This document shows positions 32,905-41,305 of a stretch of DNA of 64,000 bases, in pieces. The translations under genes were made by a program, and so were the position numbers. Source of the stretch: an uncultured Actinomycetota bacterium (GTDB lineage Bacteria; Actinomycetota; Actinomycetes; Propionibacteriales; Nocardioidaceae); the NCBI GenBank assembly GCA_963825985.1, contig CAWGVK010000014.1, forward strand, positions 21,334 through 85,333, read 5' to 3'. The notes under the pieces were generated by a model, which worked only from the letters and a program-made list of their open reading frames with translations, was not told the origin of the DNA and did no database searches. Each line of letters starts with the position of its first letter. Within the stretch, counting starts at the first letter, position 1.

Positions 32905-33327
32905 ATGGACCCCCTCCAGCACCAGGTGACTGTGGCCTGCGACCAGGAGTCCGCGTTCAATCTCTTCACCGCCGGGATGGGCACGTGGTGGGACCCCGTC
33001 CACACCGAGGACGCCGCGACCTTCACGGGTATCGATCTCGAGCCGCACGTCGACGGGGCGGTGACGATGCGGCACGGCGCCGACTCCTACACGTTCGGCC
33101 GGGTGCTCGTGTGGGAGCCGCCGAGCGACTACGGGCAGTCCTTCTGGCTGGCCATGGACCCCGCACACCCCTCGCGGATCGATGCGGCCTTCGACGGGCA
33201 CGACGGCGTGTGCACGGTGCGGTTCGCGCACGGCGGCTGGACCGCGGAGAACGAGGCGGCGGGGGCCCGGTACAGCGACTGGCCCCACCTGCTGGGCCGC
33301 TTCGCCGAGGCGGCGGCGCGGCTCTAG
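32905..33327 (+). CDS. SRPBCC-domain protein
   Basis: AFNLFTAGMGTWW, GRVLVWEPP, TVRFAHGGW, WPHLLGRF. Confidence 0.8.
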   Translation: MDPLQHQVTVACDQESAFNLFTAGMGTWWDPVHTEDAATFTGIDLEPHVDGAVTMRHGADSYTFGRVLVWEPPSDYGQSFWLAMDPAHPSRIDAAFDGHDGVCTVRFAHGGWTAENEAAGARYSDWPHLLGRFAEAAARL

Positions 33328-33623
33328 GGCCTGGAGTCGCCGGAGTCGCTGGAGTCGCCGGAGTGGCCTGCGTCCTCGGCGGCTGCCTGCTCGCGCATCT
33401 GGCGGGCCGCGGCCAGGCCCCGGACCGGCTTGTCGCGTGGGTCGGACGGGTCGTAGAGGCCCGCCTCCGCGGCCCGGTCGACGTTCTTGAGCCGCTTGAC
33501 CAGGCTGAACCCGAGGATCACCACGGCCAGGATCAACAGCCCGAAGATCGCGAACGCCGTCCAGCCCGCGACGACGTCCTCGTCGTCAGGGGCGGCCATC
33601 AGGACCAGAGGCACGACTGACAT
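33324..33623 (-). CDS. Small membrane protein downstream of mca
   Basis: DEDVVAGWTAFAIFGLLILAVVILGFSLVKRLK single TM. Confidence 0.7.
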   Translation of the reverse strand: MSVVPLVLMAAPDDEDVVAGWTAFAIFGLLILAVVILGFSLVKRLKNVDRAAEAGLYDPSDPRDKPVRGLAAARQMREQAAAEDAGHSGDSSDSGDSRP

Positions 33624-33658
33624 GCCTCCAGTGTCTCACCGCACGACGGCGTCGGGTG

Positions 33659-34555
33659 TCACCCGGGGGTGGGGATGCCGGCGAACAGGTCGTCCTCCGG
33701 GATGTCGCTCGTCACGTGGCTGGTGACCAGCTCGAAGTCCTCGGTCGGCCACACGTCGGTCTGGATCTCTCGCGGGATCGCGAACCAGAACCCGTCGGGG
33801 TCGATCTGGGTGGCGTGCGCGAGCAGGGCCTGGTCGCGGACGCCGAAGTAGTCGCCGCACGGGACACGCGTGGTCACCCGGGCGTCCCAGTCGGGCTCCT
33901 GCTTCCACTCCTTGAGCCGCTCCTCGTACGGCGACTCCAGGCCGTGGTCGAGCATCGCCTGGTGGAGCCTGGTGATCTTCTCCCAGCTCCAGCCGTGGTG
34001 GTAGTAGAGCTTCAGGGGCTGCCAGGGCTCACCGGCGTCGGGGAACCGTTCGGGGTCGCCGGCCGCCTCGAACGCCGCCACGCTCACCTCGTGGCAGCGG
34101 ATGTGGTCGGGGTGGGGGTAGCCGCCGCGCTCGTCGTACGTCGTCATCACGTGGGGGCGGAACGAGCGGATGAAGCGAACCAGCCGCTCGGTCGACTCCT
34201 CGAGCGGCACGAGGGCGAAGCAGCCCTCGGGCAGCGGCGGCTTGGGGTCACCCTCGGGCCATCCGGAGTCGACGAAGCCGAGCCAGTCCTGGCGCACGCC
34301 GAGGATGTCGCGGGCCCGTTCCATCTCCTGGCGACGGATCTCGGTGATGTTCTCGAGCACGTCGGGGCGATCCATCTTGGGGTTGAGGATGGAGCCCCGC
34401 TCGCCGCCGGTGCAGGTGACGACGTGCACGTCGACCCCCTCGGCGACGTACCGGGCCGTCGACGCCGCCCCCTTGCTCGACTCGTCGTCGGGGTGGGCGT
34501 GCACGTGCATCAACCGGTAGCCCGTGCGGGGGCCGGCCTGGGGGTCCTGCGGCAT
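33659..34555 (-). CDS. mca: Mycothiol conjugate amidase
   Basis: [44 protein letters not shown]. Confidence 0.95.
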   Translation of the reverse strand: MPQDPQAGPRTGYRLMHVHAHPDDESSKGAASTARYVAEGVDVHVVTCTGGERGSILNPKMDRPDVLENITEIRRQEMERARDILGVRQDWLGFVDSGWPEGDPKPPLPEGCFALVPLEESTERLVRFIRSFRPHVMTTYDERGGYPHPDHIRCHEVSVAAFEAAGDPERFPDAGEPWQPLKLYYHHGWSWEKITRLHQAMLDHGLESPYEERLKEWKQEPDWDARVTTRVPCGDYFGVRDQALLAHATQIDPDGFWFAIPREIQTDVWPTEDFELVTSHVTSDIPEDDLFAGIPTPG

Positions 34556-34578
34556 GCCTTGATCCTAGTAAGGGCACA

Positions 34579-35073
34579 TCAGCGGTCGTCGCAGTAGTCC
34601 TGCGCGTCGTCGAGACCGGTGCGCAGCGCCTCCTCGTCGAAGGCCGACACACCGAACTGGAGGTCGCGCGCCAGCTTGCCGAGCCGGCTGTCGAAGTCAC
34701 CGTCGCCGGCAGCGAGGAACAGCTGCGAGGCGCCCAGGATGCGGCTCCCCTCGGCCAGCCCGTCGTCGTCGCGGTCGTCGTTGTAGATCGCGTCGACATC
34801 GGCGCCCTCCAGCGCGGCGCAGGCCAGGTCGACGTCGTCGGACTCGTCGTCACCGAGGAGCGCCACGCCACCGAGGGTCGCGGCCACGCCGACGACCAGT
34901 CCGGCGAGCCCGACCAGCACGACGGTGCCGGCAGCACGCCGTGGACGGCCCGGCGGCATGCCGGGCGGTGGTGGTCCGGGCGGTGGTGGTCCGGACGGTG
35001 GTGGTCCGGGCGGTGGGGGTCCGGACGGTGGTGGTCCGGAGGGAGGTGGTCCGGTCGGGGGTCCCTGGGTCAC
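34579..35073 (-). CDS. Hypothetical membrane protein with Pro-rich N-terminus
   Basis: GPPPS/GPPPP repeats, one TM, acidic C-terminal domain with two Cys. Confidence 0.7.
   Translation of the reverse strand: MTQGPPTGPPPSGPPPSGPPPPGPPPSGPPPPGPPPPGMPPGRPRRAAGTVVLVGLAGLVVGVAATLGGVALLGDDESDDVDLACAALEGADVDAIYNDDRDDDGLAEGSRILGASQLFLAAGDGDFDSRLGKLARDLQFGVSAFDEEALRTGLDDAQDYCDDR
34961..35060 (-). repeat. 15-bp coding tandem repeat (GPPPx)
   Basis: ~6 copies of CCGGRCGGTGGTGGT-like units. Confidence 0.75.
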
Positions 35074-35077
35074 CGGC

Positions 35078-35091
35078 CCAGCCTAGGCTGG
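35078..35091. promoter_or_regulatory. Palindromic bidirectional -10 element
   Basis: CCAGCCTAGGCTGG gives TAGGCT on both strands, each 6 nt from a GTG start (35073 and 35096). Confidence 0.7.
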
Positions 35092-35095
35092 AGCG

Positions 35096-35503
35096 GTGAC
35101 CACGCCCGAGGCCCTCGCCGAGCGGTACGGCGCGCCCGCGCCGTGGCGGCGTCCGACGCTCCTCGTGGCGGCCGCCGTCGTCGTCCTCGCGTTCGCGGGG
35201 TGGCTGGGATGGACCACCTGGGTGCAGGCCCGGCCGCTGGTCGCGTCGGGCGAGCTCACCTTCGACGTGGTCGACGAGAACCTCGCGGTCGCCCAGTTCA
35301 CCGTCGACCTGCGCGACGACGACGTCGCGGCGACCTGCACGCTCAAGGCCTACGCCGAGGACCACTCGCTGGTCGGCAGCGTCTCGTTCACCCCCGACCC
35401 GGGGGGCGACGGACGCGTCGAGCAGGACGTCGCGACCGACCGCCGCGCGACCTCGGTCGAGCTGGTCGGCTGCACGGCGCCCGGCCAGGGCCGCCCGCGC
35501 TGA
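35096..35503 (+). CDS. DUF4307-family membrane protein
   Basis: LAERYG, TM, ATCTLKAYAEDHSLVG, RRATSVELVGC; conserved position between mca and greA. Confidence 0.85.
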   Translation: MTTPEALAERYGAPAPWRRPTLLVAAAVVVLAFAGWLGWTTWVQARPLVASGELTFDVVDENLAVAQFTVDLRDDDVAATCTLKAYAEDHSLVGSVSFTPDPGGDGRVEQDVATDRRATSVELVGCTAPGQGRPR

Positions 35504-35643
35504 GCGCCCTCGGGTCACCCGGAAGATCGGGTTTCGTGCGGAGGAGTTGCTAGGCTCGTCTCTTCGCCGTCCCGCTGGGCCTCCCGCTCGCGACGGCCGA
35601 CCACGCGTAGTACCCGTCAGTTCCACCCGTCACAGGAGTACCC

Positions 35644-36147
35644 ATGACCCAGTCGACCGAGCAGGGCCCCATCTGGCTGACCGCGAGCGCCCACGAGAAG
35701 CTGAAGGCCGAGCTGGCCAACCTCAAGGGTTCGGTGCGCGACGAGATCGTCACCCGGATCAGCGAGGCCCGCGACGAGGGTGACCTCAAGGAGAACGGCG
35801 GCTACCACGCGGCTCGCGAGGAGCAGGGCAAGAACGAGGGCAACATCCGCAACCTCGAGGACGTGCTGCTCAAGGCCGTCTCCGACCAGCCCGCCGACGA
35901 CGGCGTGGTCGCGGTCGGCAAGCTCGTCACCTACAAGTTCGAGGGTGACGGCGACGACGAGGCCGAGACGTTCCTGCTCGGTGCCCGCGAGAACGAGGAG
36001 TACGTCGACGTCGCCGTCTACTCCCCCCAGGCTCCCCTCGGCGAGGCGCTCCTCGGCGCCACCAAGGGCGACACGGTCGCGTTCGACGCCCCCACCGGCA
36101 AGACCCTGCAGGTCGTCGTCCTCGACGCGACACCGTACGCCGACTGA
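35644..36147 (+). CDS. greA: Transcription elongation factor GreA
   Basis: ARDEGDLKENGGYHAAREEQGK, YSPQAPLGEAL. Confidence 0.95.
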   Translation: MTQSTEQGPIWLTASAHEKLKAELANLKGSVRDEIVTRISEARDEGDLKENGGYHAAREEQGKNEGNIRNLEDVLLKAVSDQPADDGVVAVGKLVTYKFEGDGDDEAETFLLGARENEEYVDVAVYSPQAPLGEALLGATKGDTVAFDAPTGKTLQVVVLDATPYAD

Positions 36148-36242
36148 CCGCTCCGGACCTGCCCGCCAGCTGCTCTGACCCGGCTGGCTGGTCGGTGATT
36201 CCTGACCTGAGCCGCGTCATGGCGCAGTTCGTGCTGGCCGGC

Positions 36243-37466
36243 TCACTCGTGGACGCGGTAGCCCCGCTCGCGCAGGCGTCCGAGCACCTTCTGGGCGTGC
36301 GGCTCGCCGCGGGTCTCGAGCTGGAGGTGGACGTCGACCTCGTCGAGGTGCAGCGAGGGCGAGATCCGTTCGTGGGCGACCTCGAGCACGTTGGCGCCGG
36401 TCTCGCCGACCTCGCTGAGCAGCTGGGCGAGCCCGCCGGGGACGTCGGGGATGTTGACGTGCAGGTTGAGGTAGCGCCCGGCGGCGGCCATGCCGTGCTG
36501 GATCACCTTGCCCAGCAGGATCGGGTCGATGTTGCCGCCCGAGAGCACGGCCACGGCCGGCGTGCGGTAGTCGGAGGGGCGCGCCAGGAGGGCGGCCACG
36601 GCGGCGGCGCCGGCGGGCTCGACGACCATCTTGGCCCGCTCGACCAGGGCGAGCAGGGCGCGTGACATGGACTCCTCGGAGACGGTCACGATCTCGTCGA
36701 CGTAGTCGCGGACGGCGGCGAAGGTGAGCTCGCCGGGCAGGCCGACCGCGATCCCGTCGGCCATCGTCTTCATCGACGTGAGCGGCACCGGGCAGCCCTG
36801 CTCGAGCGAGCCCGGGTAGGCCGCGGCACCCTTCGCCTGGACGCCGATGATGCTGACCTCGGGACGCAGCGCCTTGACCGCGATGGCGATGCCGGCGAGG
36901 AGGCCGCCGCCACCGGTGGGCACGATCACGGTCTCGACGTCGGGCACCTGCTCGACGATCTCCAGGCCGGTGGTGCCCTGCCCGGCGATGATGTCGACGT
37001 GGTCGAAGGGGTGGATGAGCACGGCACCGGTGTCGGCGGAGAAGCGGCGGGCGGCGACGAGGGAGTCCTCGAGGTAGCGGCCCTCGAAGATCACGCTGGC
37101 GCCGTACCCCCGGGTCGCCTTCTCCTTCGGGATCGGCGCCCCCTCGGGCATGAACACGGTCGCCTCGATGCCGAGCTGCTGGGCCGCGAGGGCGACGCCC
37201 TGGGCGTGGTTGCCCGCCGAGGCGGCGACGACACCGCGGGCGCGCTCGGCCTCGGAGAGCCGGGAGATGCGGACGTAGGCGCCGCGAGCCTTGAACGAAC
37301 CGGTGCGCTGGAGGTTCTCGCACTTGAGGAAGACCGGCCCGCCGACGACCGCCGACAGCCAGCGTGACTCCTCCATCGGGGTCTCGATCGACACCCCGGT
37401 CAGCTCGACGCGGGCCTGGCGGATCTCGGCCAGCCCGACGGCCGGGACGGAGTCAGGCGTGGTCAT
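36243..37466 (-). CDS. ilvA: Threonine ammonia-lyase (medium form with ACT domain)
   Basis: LKCENLQRTGSFKARGA, ASAGNHAQG, PTGGGGL, VEPAGA, LSGGNID; ATG at 37466. Confidence 0.92.
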   Translation of the reverse strand: MTTPDSVPAVGLAEIRQARVELTGVSIETPMEESRWLSAVVGGPVFLKCENLQRTGSFKARGAYVRISRLSEAERARGVVAASAGNHAQGVALAAQQLGIEATVFMPEGAPIPKEKATRGYGASVIFEGRYLEDSLVAARRFSADTGAVLIHPFDHVDIIAGQGTTGLEIVEQVPDVETVIVPTGGGGLLAGIAIAVKALRPEVSIIGVQAKGAAAYPGSLEQGCPVPLTSMKTMADGIAVGLPGELTFAAVRDYVDEIVTVSEESMSRALLALVERAKMVVEPAGAAAVAALLARPSDYRTPAVAVLSGGNIDPILLGKVIQHGMAAAGRYLNLHVNIPDVPGGLAQLLSEVGETGANVLEVAHERISPSLHLDEVDVHLQLETRGEPHAQKVLGRLRERGYRVHE

Positions 37467-38826
37467 CGACGTCCTCGGGAGAAGGACTGGACGTGCCGTC
37501 GCCCTCGTAGTCCTCGGCCAGCTCGTCGACCGGGTCGGAGCCCGGGTCGGTATGCGTGGCCAGGTGCTGGCCGACGGCGTTGACGGCGGCGGCCAGCGGC
37601 ACGGCGACCAGGGCGCCGGCCACACCGGCGACGATGACGCCGGCACCGATCGCGATGATGACGCCGAGCGGGTGCACCGAGACCCAGCGGCCCATCAGGA
37701 ACGGCTGCAGCACGTGGCCCTCGAGCTGCTGGACGCCGATGACGACCGCCAGCATGATCAGCGCCACGATCGGGCCCTGGTCGACCAGGGCCACGAGCAC
37801 CGCGACGATGCCGGCGATCGTGGCACCGATCATCGGCACGAACGCGCCGAGGAAGACCAGGACGCCGATCGCGAGCACGAACGGCACCTGCAGGATCGCG
37901 GCGCCGATCATGATGCCGATGGCGTCGACGGCCGCGACGATCACGGTCGCGCGCACGAACTGGGTCAGCGAGATCCACGCGACCCGTCCCGAGCTGTCGA
38001 CCCGCTCGCGGGCGACGCGCGGGGCGAGCCGCACGATCCACGACCAGATCCGGTCGCCGTCGGCGAGGAAGAAGTAGGTCGAGAACAGCACGATGAAGAA
38101 CCCGGCGAGCACGTGGCCGAGAGCGCTGCCCACCTCGGTGATCCGGCCGAACCAGTCACTGTCGGCGGTCTGCTCGGTGATGGCGTCCTGGGCCTGCTGG
38201 ATGTAGTCGTTGATCTGGGTGTCGCTGGCGTTGAGCGGGCCGTCCTTGAGCCACTGCTTGATCTCGTCGAGGCCCTTCACCGTCGAGTCGGCGAGGTCGG
38301 TGGCGCCGCTGGCGACCTGCTGCCCGGCGAAGGTGAGCAGCAGCCCGACGGTCGCGAGCAGGCCGAGCACGACGATACCGGCGCCGAGTCCGCGCGGGAT
38401 GCCGACGCGCTTCAGCATGTGCACGACGGGCGTCGTCAGGGCCGAGATCAGCAGGGCGATCGCCAGCGGGAGCGTGATCACGGCGAAGTACGCCGTCAGC
38501 CAGAGGATGAGGAAGCCGGCCGCGGCGATGACGAGCAGCCGCCAGCCCCAGGCGGCGGCGAGGTCGATGCCCCACGGCACCTGCACGTTCTTCGTGCGGC
38601 CCGCCGGCACGGGCGCGGACGCCGGCACCGTCTCGTGGCGCCGCTCCTCGCGCATCTGGGCCCACTGGGCGGCGATCCGCGCGATCACCCGCTCCTCGTG
38701 CTCGGACGTGGGGTGCTCGTCGTCGTGCCGTGGACGCCGCAGCCGCCGACGGCGCTCGTGCTCCTCGCCGGGCTCGGGCGCGGGCGCCTGCTCCTGCTCC
38801 GGCGCCTCGGGCTCATCGGGGGTCAC
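37453..38826 (-). CDS. AI-2E family transporter
   Basis: AWGWRLL, YFFLADG, FLGAFVPMIGA, QQLEGHVLQPFLMGRWVSVHPL. Confidence 0.9.
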   Translation of the reverse strand: MTPDEPEAPEQEQAPAPEPGEEHERRRRLRRPRHDDEHPTSEHEERVIARIAAQWAQMREERRHETVPASAPVPAGRTKNVQVPWGIDLAAAWGWRLLVIAAAGFLILWLTAYFAVITLPLAIALLISALTTPVVHMLKRVGIPRGLGAGIVVLGLLATVGLLLTFAGQQVASGATDLADSTVKGLDEIKQWLKDGPLNASDTQINDYIQQAQDAITEQTADSDWFGRITEVGSALGHVLAGFFIVLFSTYFFLADGDRIWSWIVRLAPRVARERVDSSGRVAWISLTQFVRATVIVAAVDAIGIMIGAAILQVPFVLAIGVLVFLGAFVPMIGATIAGIVAVLVALVDQGPIVALIMLAVVIGVQQLEGHVLQPFLMGRWVSVHPLGVIIAIGAGVIVAGVAGALVAVPLAAAVNAVGQHLATHTDPGSDPVDELAEDYEGDGTSSPSPEDVDDHA

Positions 38827-38836
38827 GGGGAGCAGC

Positions 38837-40149
38837 CTATGTTTCGGTCAAGGTCGCGGCGAGACGGAGGGCCACCTCGGGGTGGTCGGCGGCGAGGAGC
38901 CCGACCGCGGCGAGCACGTAGTCGGCGTCCACGACCACCCGCGGATGCTCGGGCAGCTGCCAGCCGCCGTCGAGACCGGCGCCCATCGAGCCGGCGAACA
39001 CGCGCTCGGCCACACCGGGCCGGCCGTGCCGCAGCACGCCGCCGGAGGCGACCACGAGGTCGACCTCGCGCAGGTCGGTGCCGGTGCGTTCGGTGACCCG
39101 GCCGCCGGGGCCGACCACGACCCGCGCGCGCCCGGCGTGGCGGCGCAGTGCCAGGCCGACGGCGGCGCGGGCGATGGCCTCGTCGTCGTCGCGGTCGGCG
39201 TCGGTGGCGGGCAGGTACGCCGGGTCGTCGGCCCGGGCGGTCGCGGCGCCCGTGAGGCCGGGAGGCCGGCCTCCTCGACGGTGGTGAGCGCCGACCAGCG
39301 CATGCCGAGGTCGCCCTCGACGGTGCGGGTCAGGCCGGTGGGGGCGACGACGTCGCGGGCGAGGGCGCCGTCCTCGGGGTCGAGGTCGACCACCGAGTGC
39401 ACGTCGGTGGTCGCTCCCCCGACGTCGACGACCACCACGTCGCCTGCGACCTCGGCGAGGATCTCGACGCCGGTCAGCACGACGTCGGGGGTCGCGCCGC
39501 GCACCATCGCGACGAAGTCGGCGCGGGCGGAGAGGTGCTTGCCGCCGATCACGTGGGACAGGAATGCCTCACGGATGGCCGCGCGCGCACCCTCGGGCCG
39601 CAGCACCCCGATCTGCGGCACGACGTTGGCGGCGACCACGTGCGGCACGTCGCCCAGCACCGCGGCGACCTCGTCGGTGGCGTCGCCGTTGCCCGCGACG
39701 ACGACCGGGCCGCGCCAGCCCGCGGCCACCAGGTCGCGAGCGGCCGCGACGATCACCTCGCTGTTGCCGCCGTCGGTGCCGCCGGTGAGCAGGACGACGT
39801 CGGGCTCGTGCAGCGCCCCGAACCCGGCCGCGGCCGCGACGACCGCCACGACCTTGCCGCCGCTCGAGAGCGCCACCCGGCGTCCGGCCTCGGCGGTGAC
39901 CAGCTCCTCGTTGCCGACCACCGCGATCCGCAGCCCTCCCCCGGCGCTCGAGCAGGCCAGCACGGGCGCGTCGGGGTCACCCATCGCGGCCAGGCAGGCG
40001 TCGAGACCGTCGAGGACGTCGGTGTCGATGGTGGTGCGGTGCTCGGCCGCGGCCACGACCCGCGCGGTCTCGAGGTCGACGAGGGAGGCCTTGGTGAAGG
40101 TGGAGCCGAAGTCGACGCAGAGAACCCGTCGTCGCTCAGCCGAGGGCAC
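38837..40149 (-). CDS. Glutamate mutase L (GlmL/MutL-like ASKHA ATPase), frameshift ~39260
   Basis: CVDFGSTFTK, CSSAGGGLR, LTGGTDGGN, SHVIGGK, VDVGGATTDVHS, RTVEGDLGMR; C-terminus (SGGVLRH, VDADYVL) in ORF 38837-39118. Confidence 0.82.
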
Positions 40150-41305
40150 GGTCGAGGTCTTCGAGCAGGTCGTCGGCCGTCTCGATGCCCACCGACAGCC
40201 GCACCAGGTCGGCCGGCACCTCGAGGTCGGTGCCGGCGACGCTGGCGTGGGTCATCCGCCCAGGGTGCTCGATCAGCGACTCCACGCCGCCGAGCGACTC
40301 GCCCAGCGTGAAGACCTCGGCGCGGTTGCACACGGCGAGGGCCTGCTCCTCGCCGCCGGTGACCCGGAACGACACCATGCCGCCGTACCGCTTCATCTGC
40401 CGGCTCGCCAGCGTGTGGCCGGGGTGCTCGGGCAGGCCGGGGTAGATCACCTCGGCGACACGGGGGTCGGCGGTGAGGAACTCCACGACCCGCTCGGCGT
40501 TGTCGCAGTGGCGGTCCATGCGGACGCCGAGGGTCTTGAGTCCGCGGTGGGTCAGGAAGCAGTCGAACGGGCCGGCGATCGCGCCGATCGCGTTCTGGTG
40601 GAAGGCGACCTGCTCGGACAGCTCGTGGTCGCGCACGACCAGGGCGCCGCCGACGACGTCGGAGTGGCCGCCGGCGTACTTGGTGGTGGAGTGGACGACG
40701 ACGTCGGCGCCGAGGGTCAGCGGCTGCTGCAGGTAGGGCGAGGCGAAGGTGTTGTCGACGACGAGCAGCGCGCCCGCGTCGTGGGCCGCGGCGGCCAGGG
40801 CCTCGATGTCGCCGATGTTGAGCAGCGGGTTGGTGGGCGTCTCGAGCCACACGAGCTTGGTCTGACCGGGCCGGATCGCGGCGCGGACCGCGTCGACGTC
40901 GGAGACCGGCGCCGGCGTGTGCTCGATGCCCCACGCCTGCTCGACCTTGTCGAAGAGCCGGAACGTCCCGCCGTAGGCGTCGTCGGGCAGGACGACGTGG
41001 TCGCCCGGCCGGCAGGTCGCGCGCACGAGGGTGTCCTCGGAGGCCAGGCCGGAGGCGAAGGCGAAGCCGCGCTCGCCCTCCTCCAGGGCGGCCAGCACCC
41101 CCTCGAGCGCGGTCCTCGTGGGGTTGGCGGAGCGGCTGTACTCGTAGCCGCCGCGCAGCCCCCCGACGCCGTCCTGCTTGTAGGTCGAGGTCGCGAAGAT
41201 CGGCGGGATCACCGCGCCGGTGGTCGGGTCGGGCTCGTAGCCGGCGTGGATCGCACGCGTCTCGAAGCCGCCCTTGGCTGACGTGGACTGCTGGTGTTCG
41301 CTCAC
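40136..41305 (-). CDS. metB: Cystathionine gamma-synthase/lyase
   Basis: FETRAIHAG, YEYSRSANPTR, WLETPTNP, VDNTFASP, HSTTKYAGGHSD, GESLGGVESL; GTG 41305. Confidence 0.93.
   Translation of the reverse strand: MSEHQQSTSAKGGFETRAIHAGYEPDPTTGAVIPPIFATSTYKQDGVGGLRGGYEYSRSANPTRTALEGVLAALEEGERGFAFASGLASEDTLVRATCRPGDHVVLPDDAYGGTFRLFDKVEQAWGIEHTPAPVSDVDAVRAAIRPGQTKLVWLETPTNPLLNIGDIEALAAAAHDAGALLVVDNTFASPYLQQPLTLGADVVVHSTTKYAGGHSDVVGGALVVRDHELSEQVAFHQNAIGAIAGPFDCFLTHRGLKTLGVRMDRHCDNAERVVEFLTADPRVAEVIYPGLPEHPGHTLASRQMKRYGGMVSFRVTGGEEQALAVCNRAEVFTLGESLGGVESLIEHPGRMTHASVAGTDLEVPADLVRLSVGIETADDLLEDLDRALG

Noticed and set aside
38210-41281. 1023-aa plus-strand ORF
   Set aside because: Antisense to metB, the glmL-like gene and the AI-2E gene; no recognisable motifs
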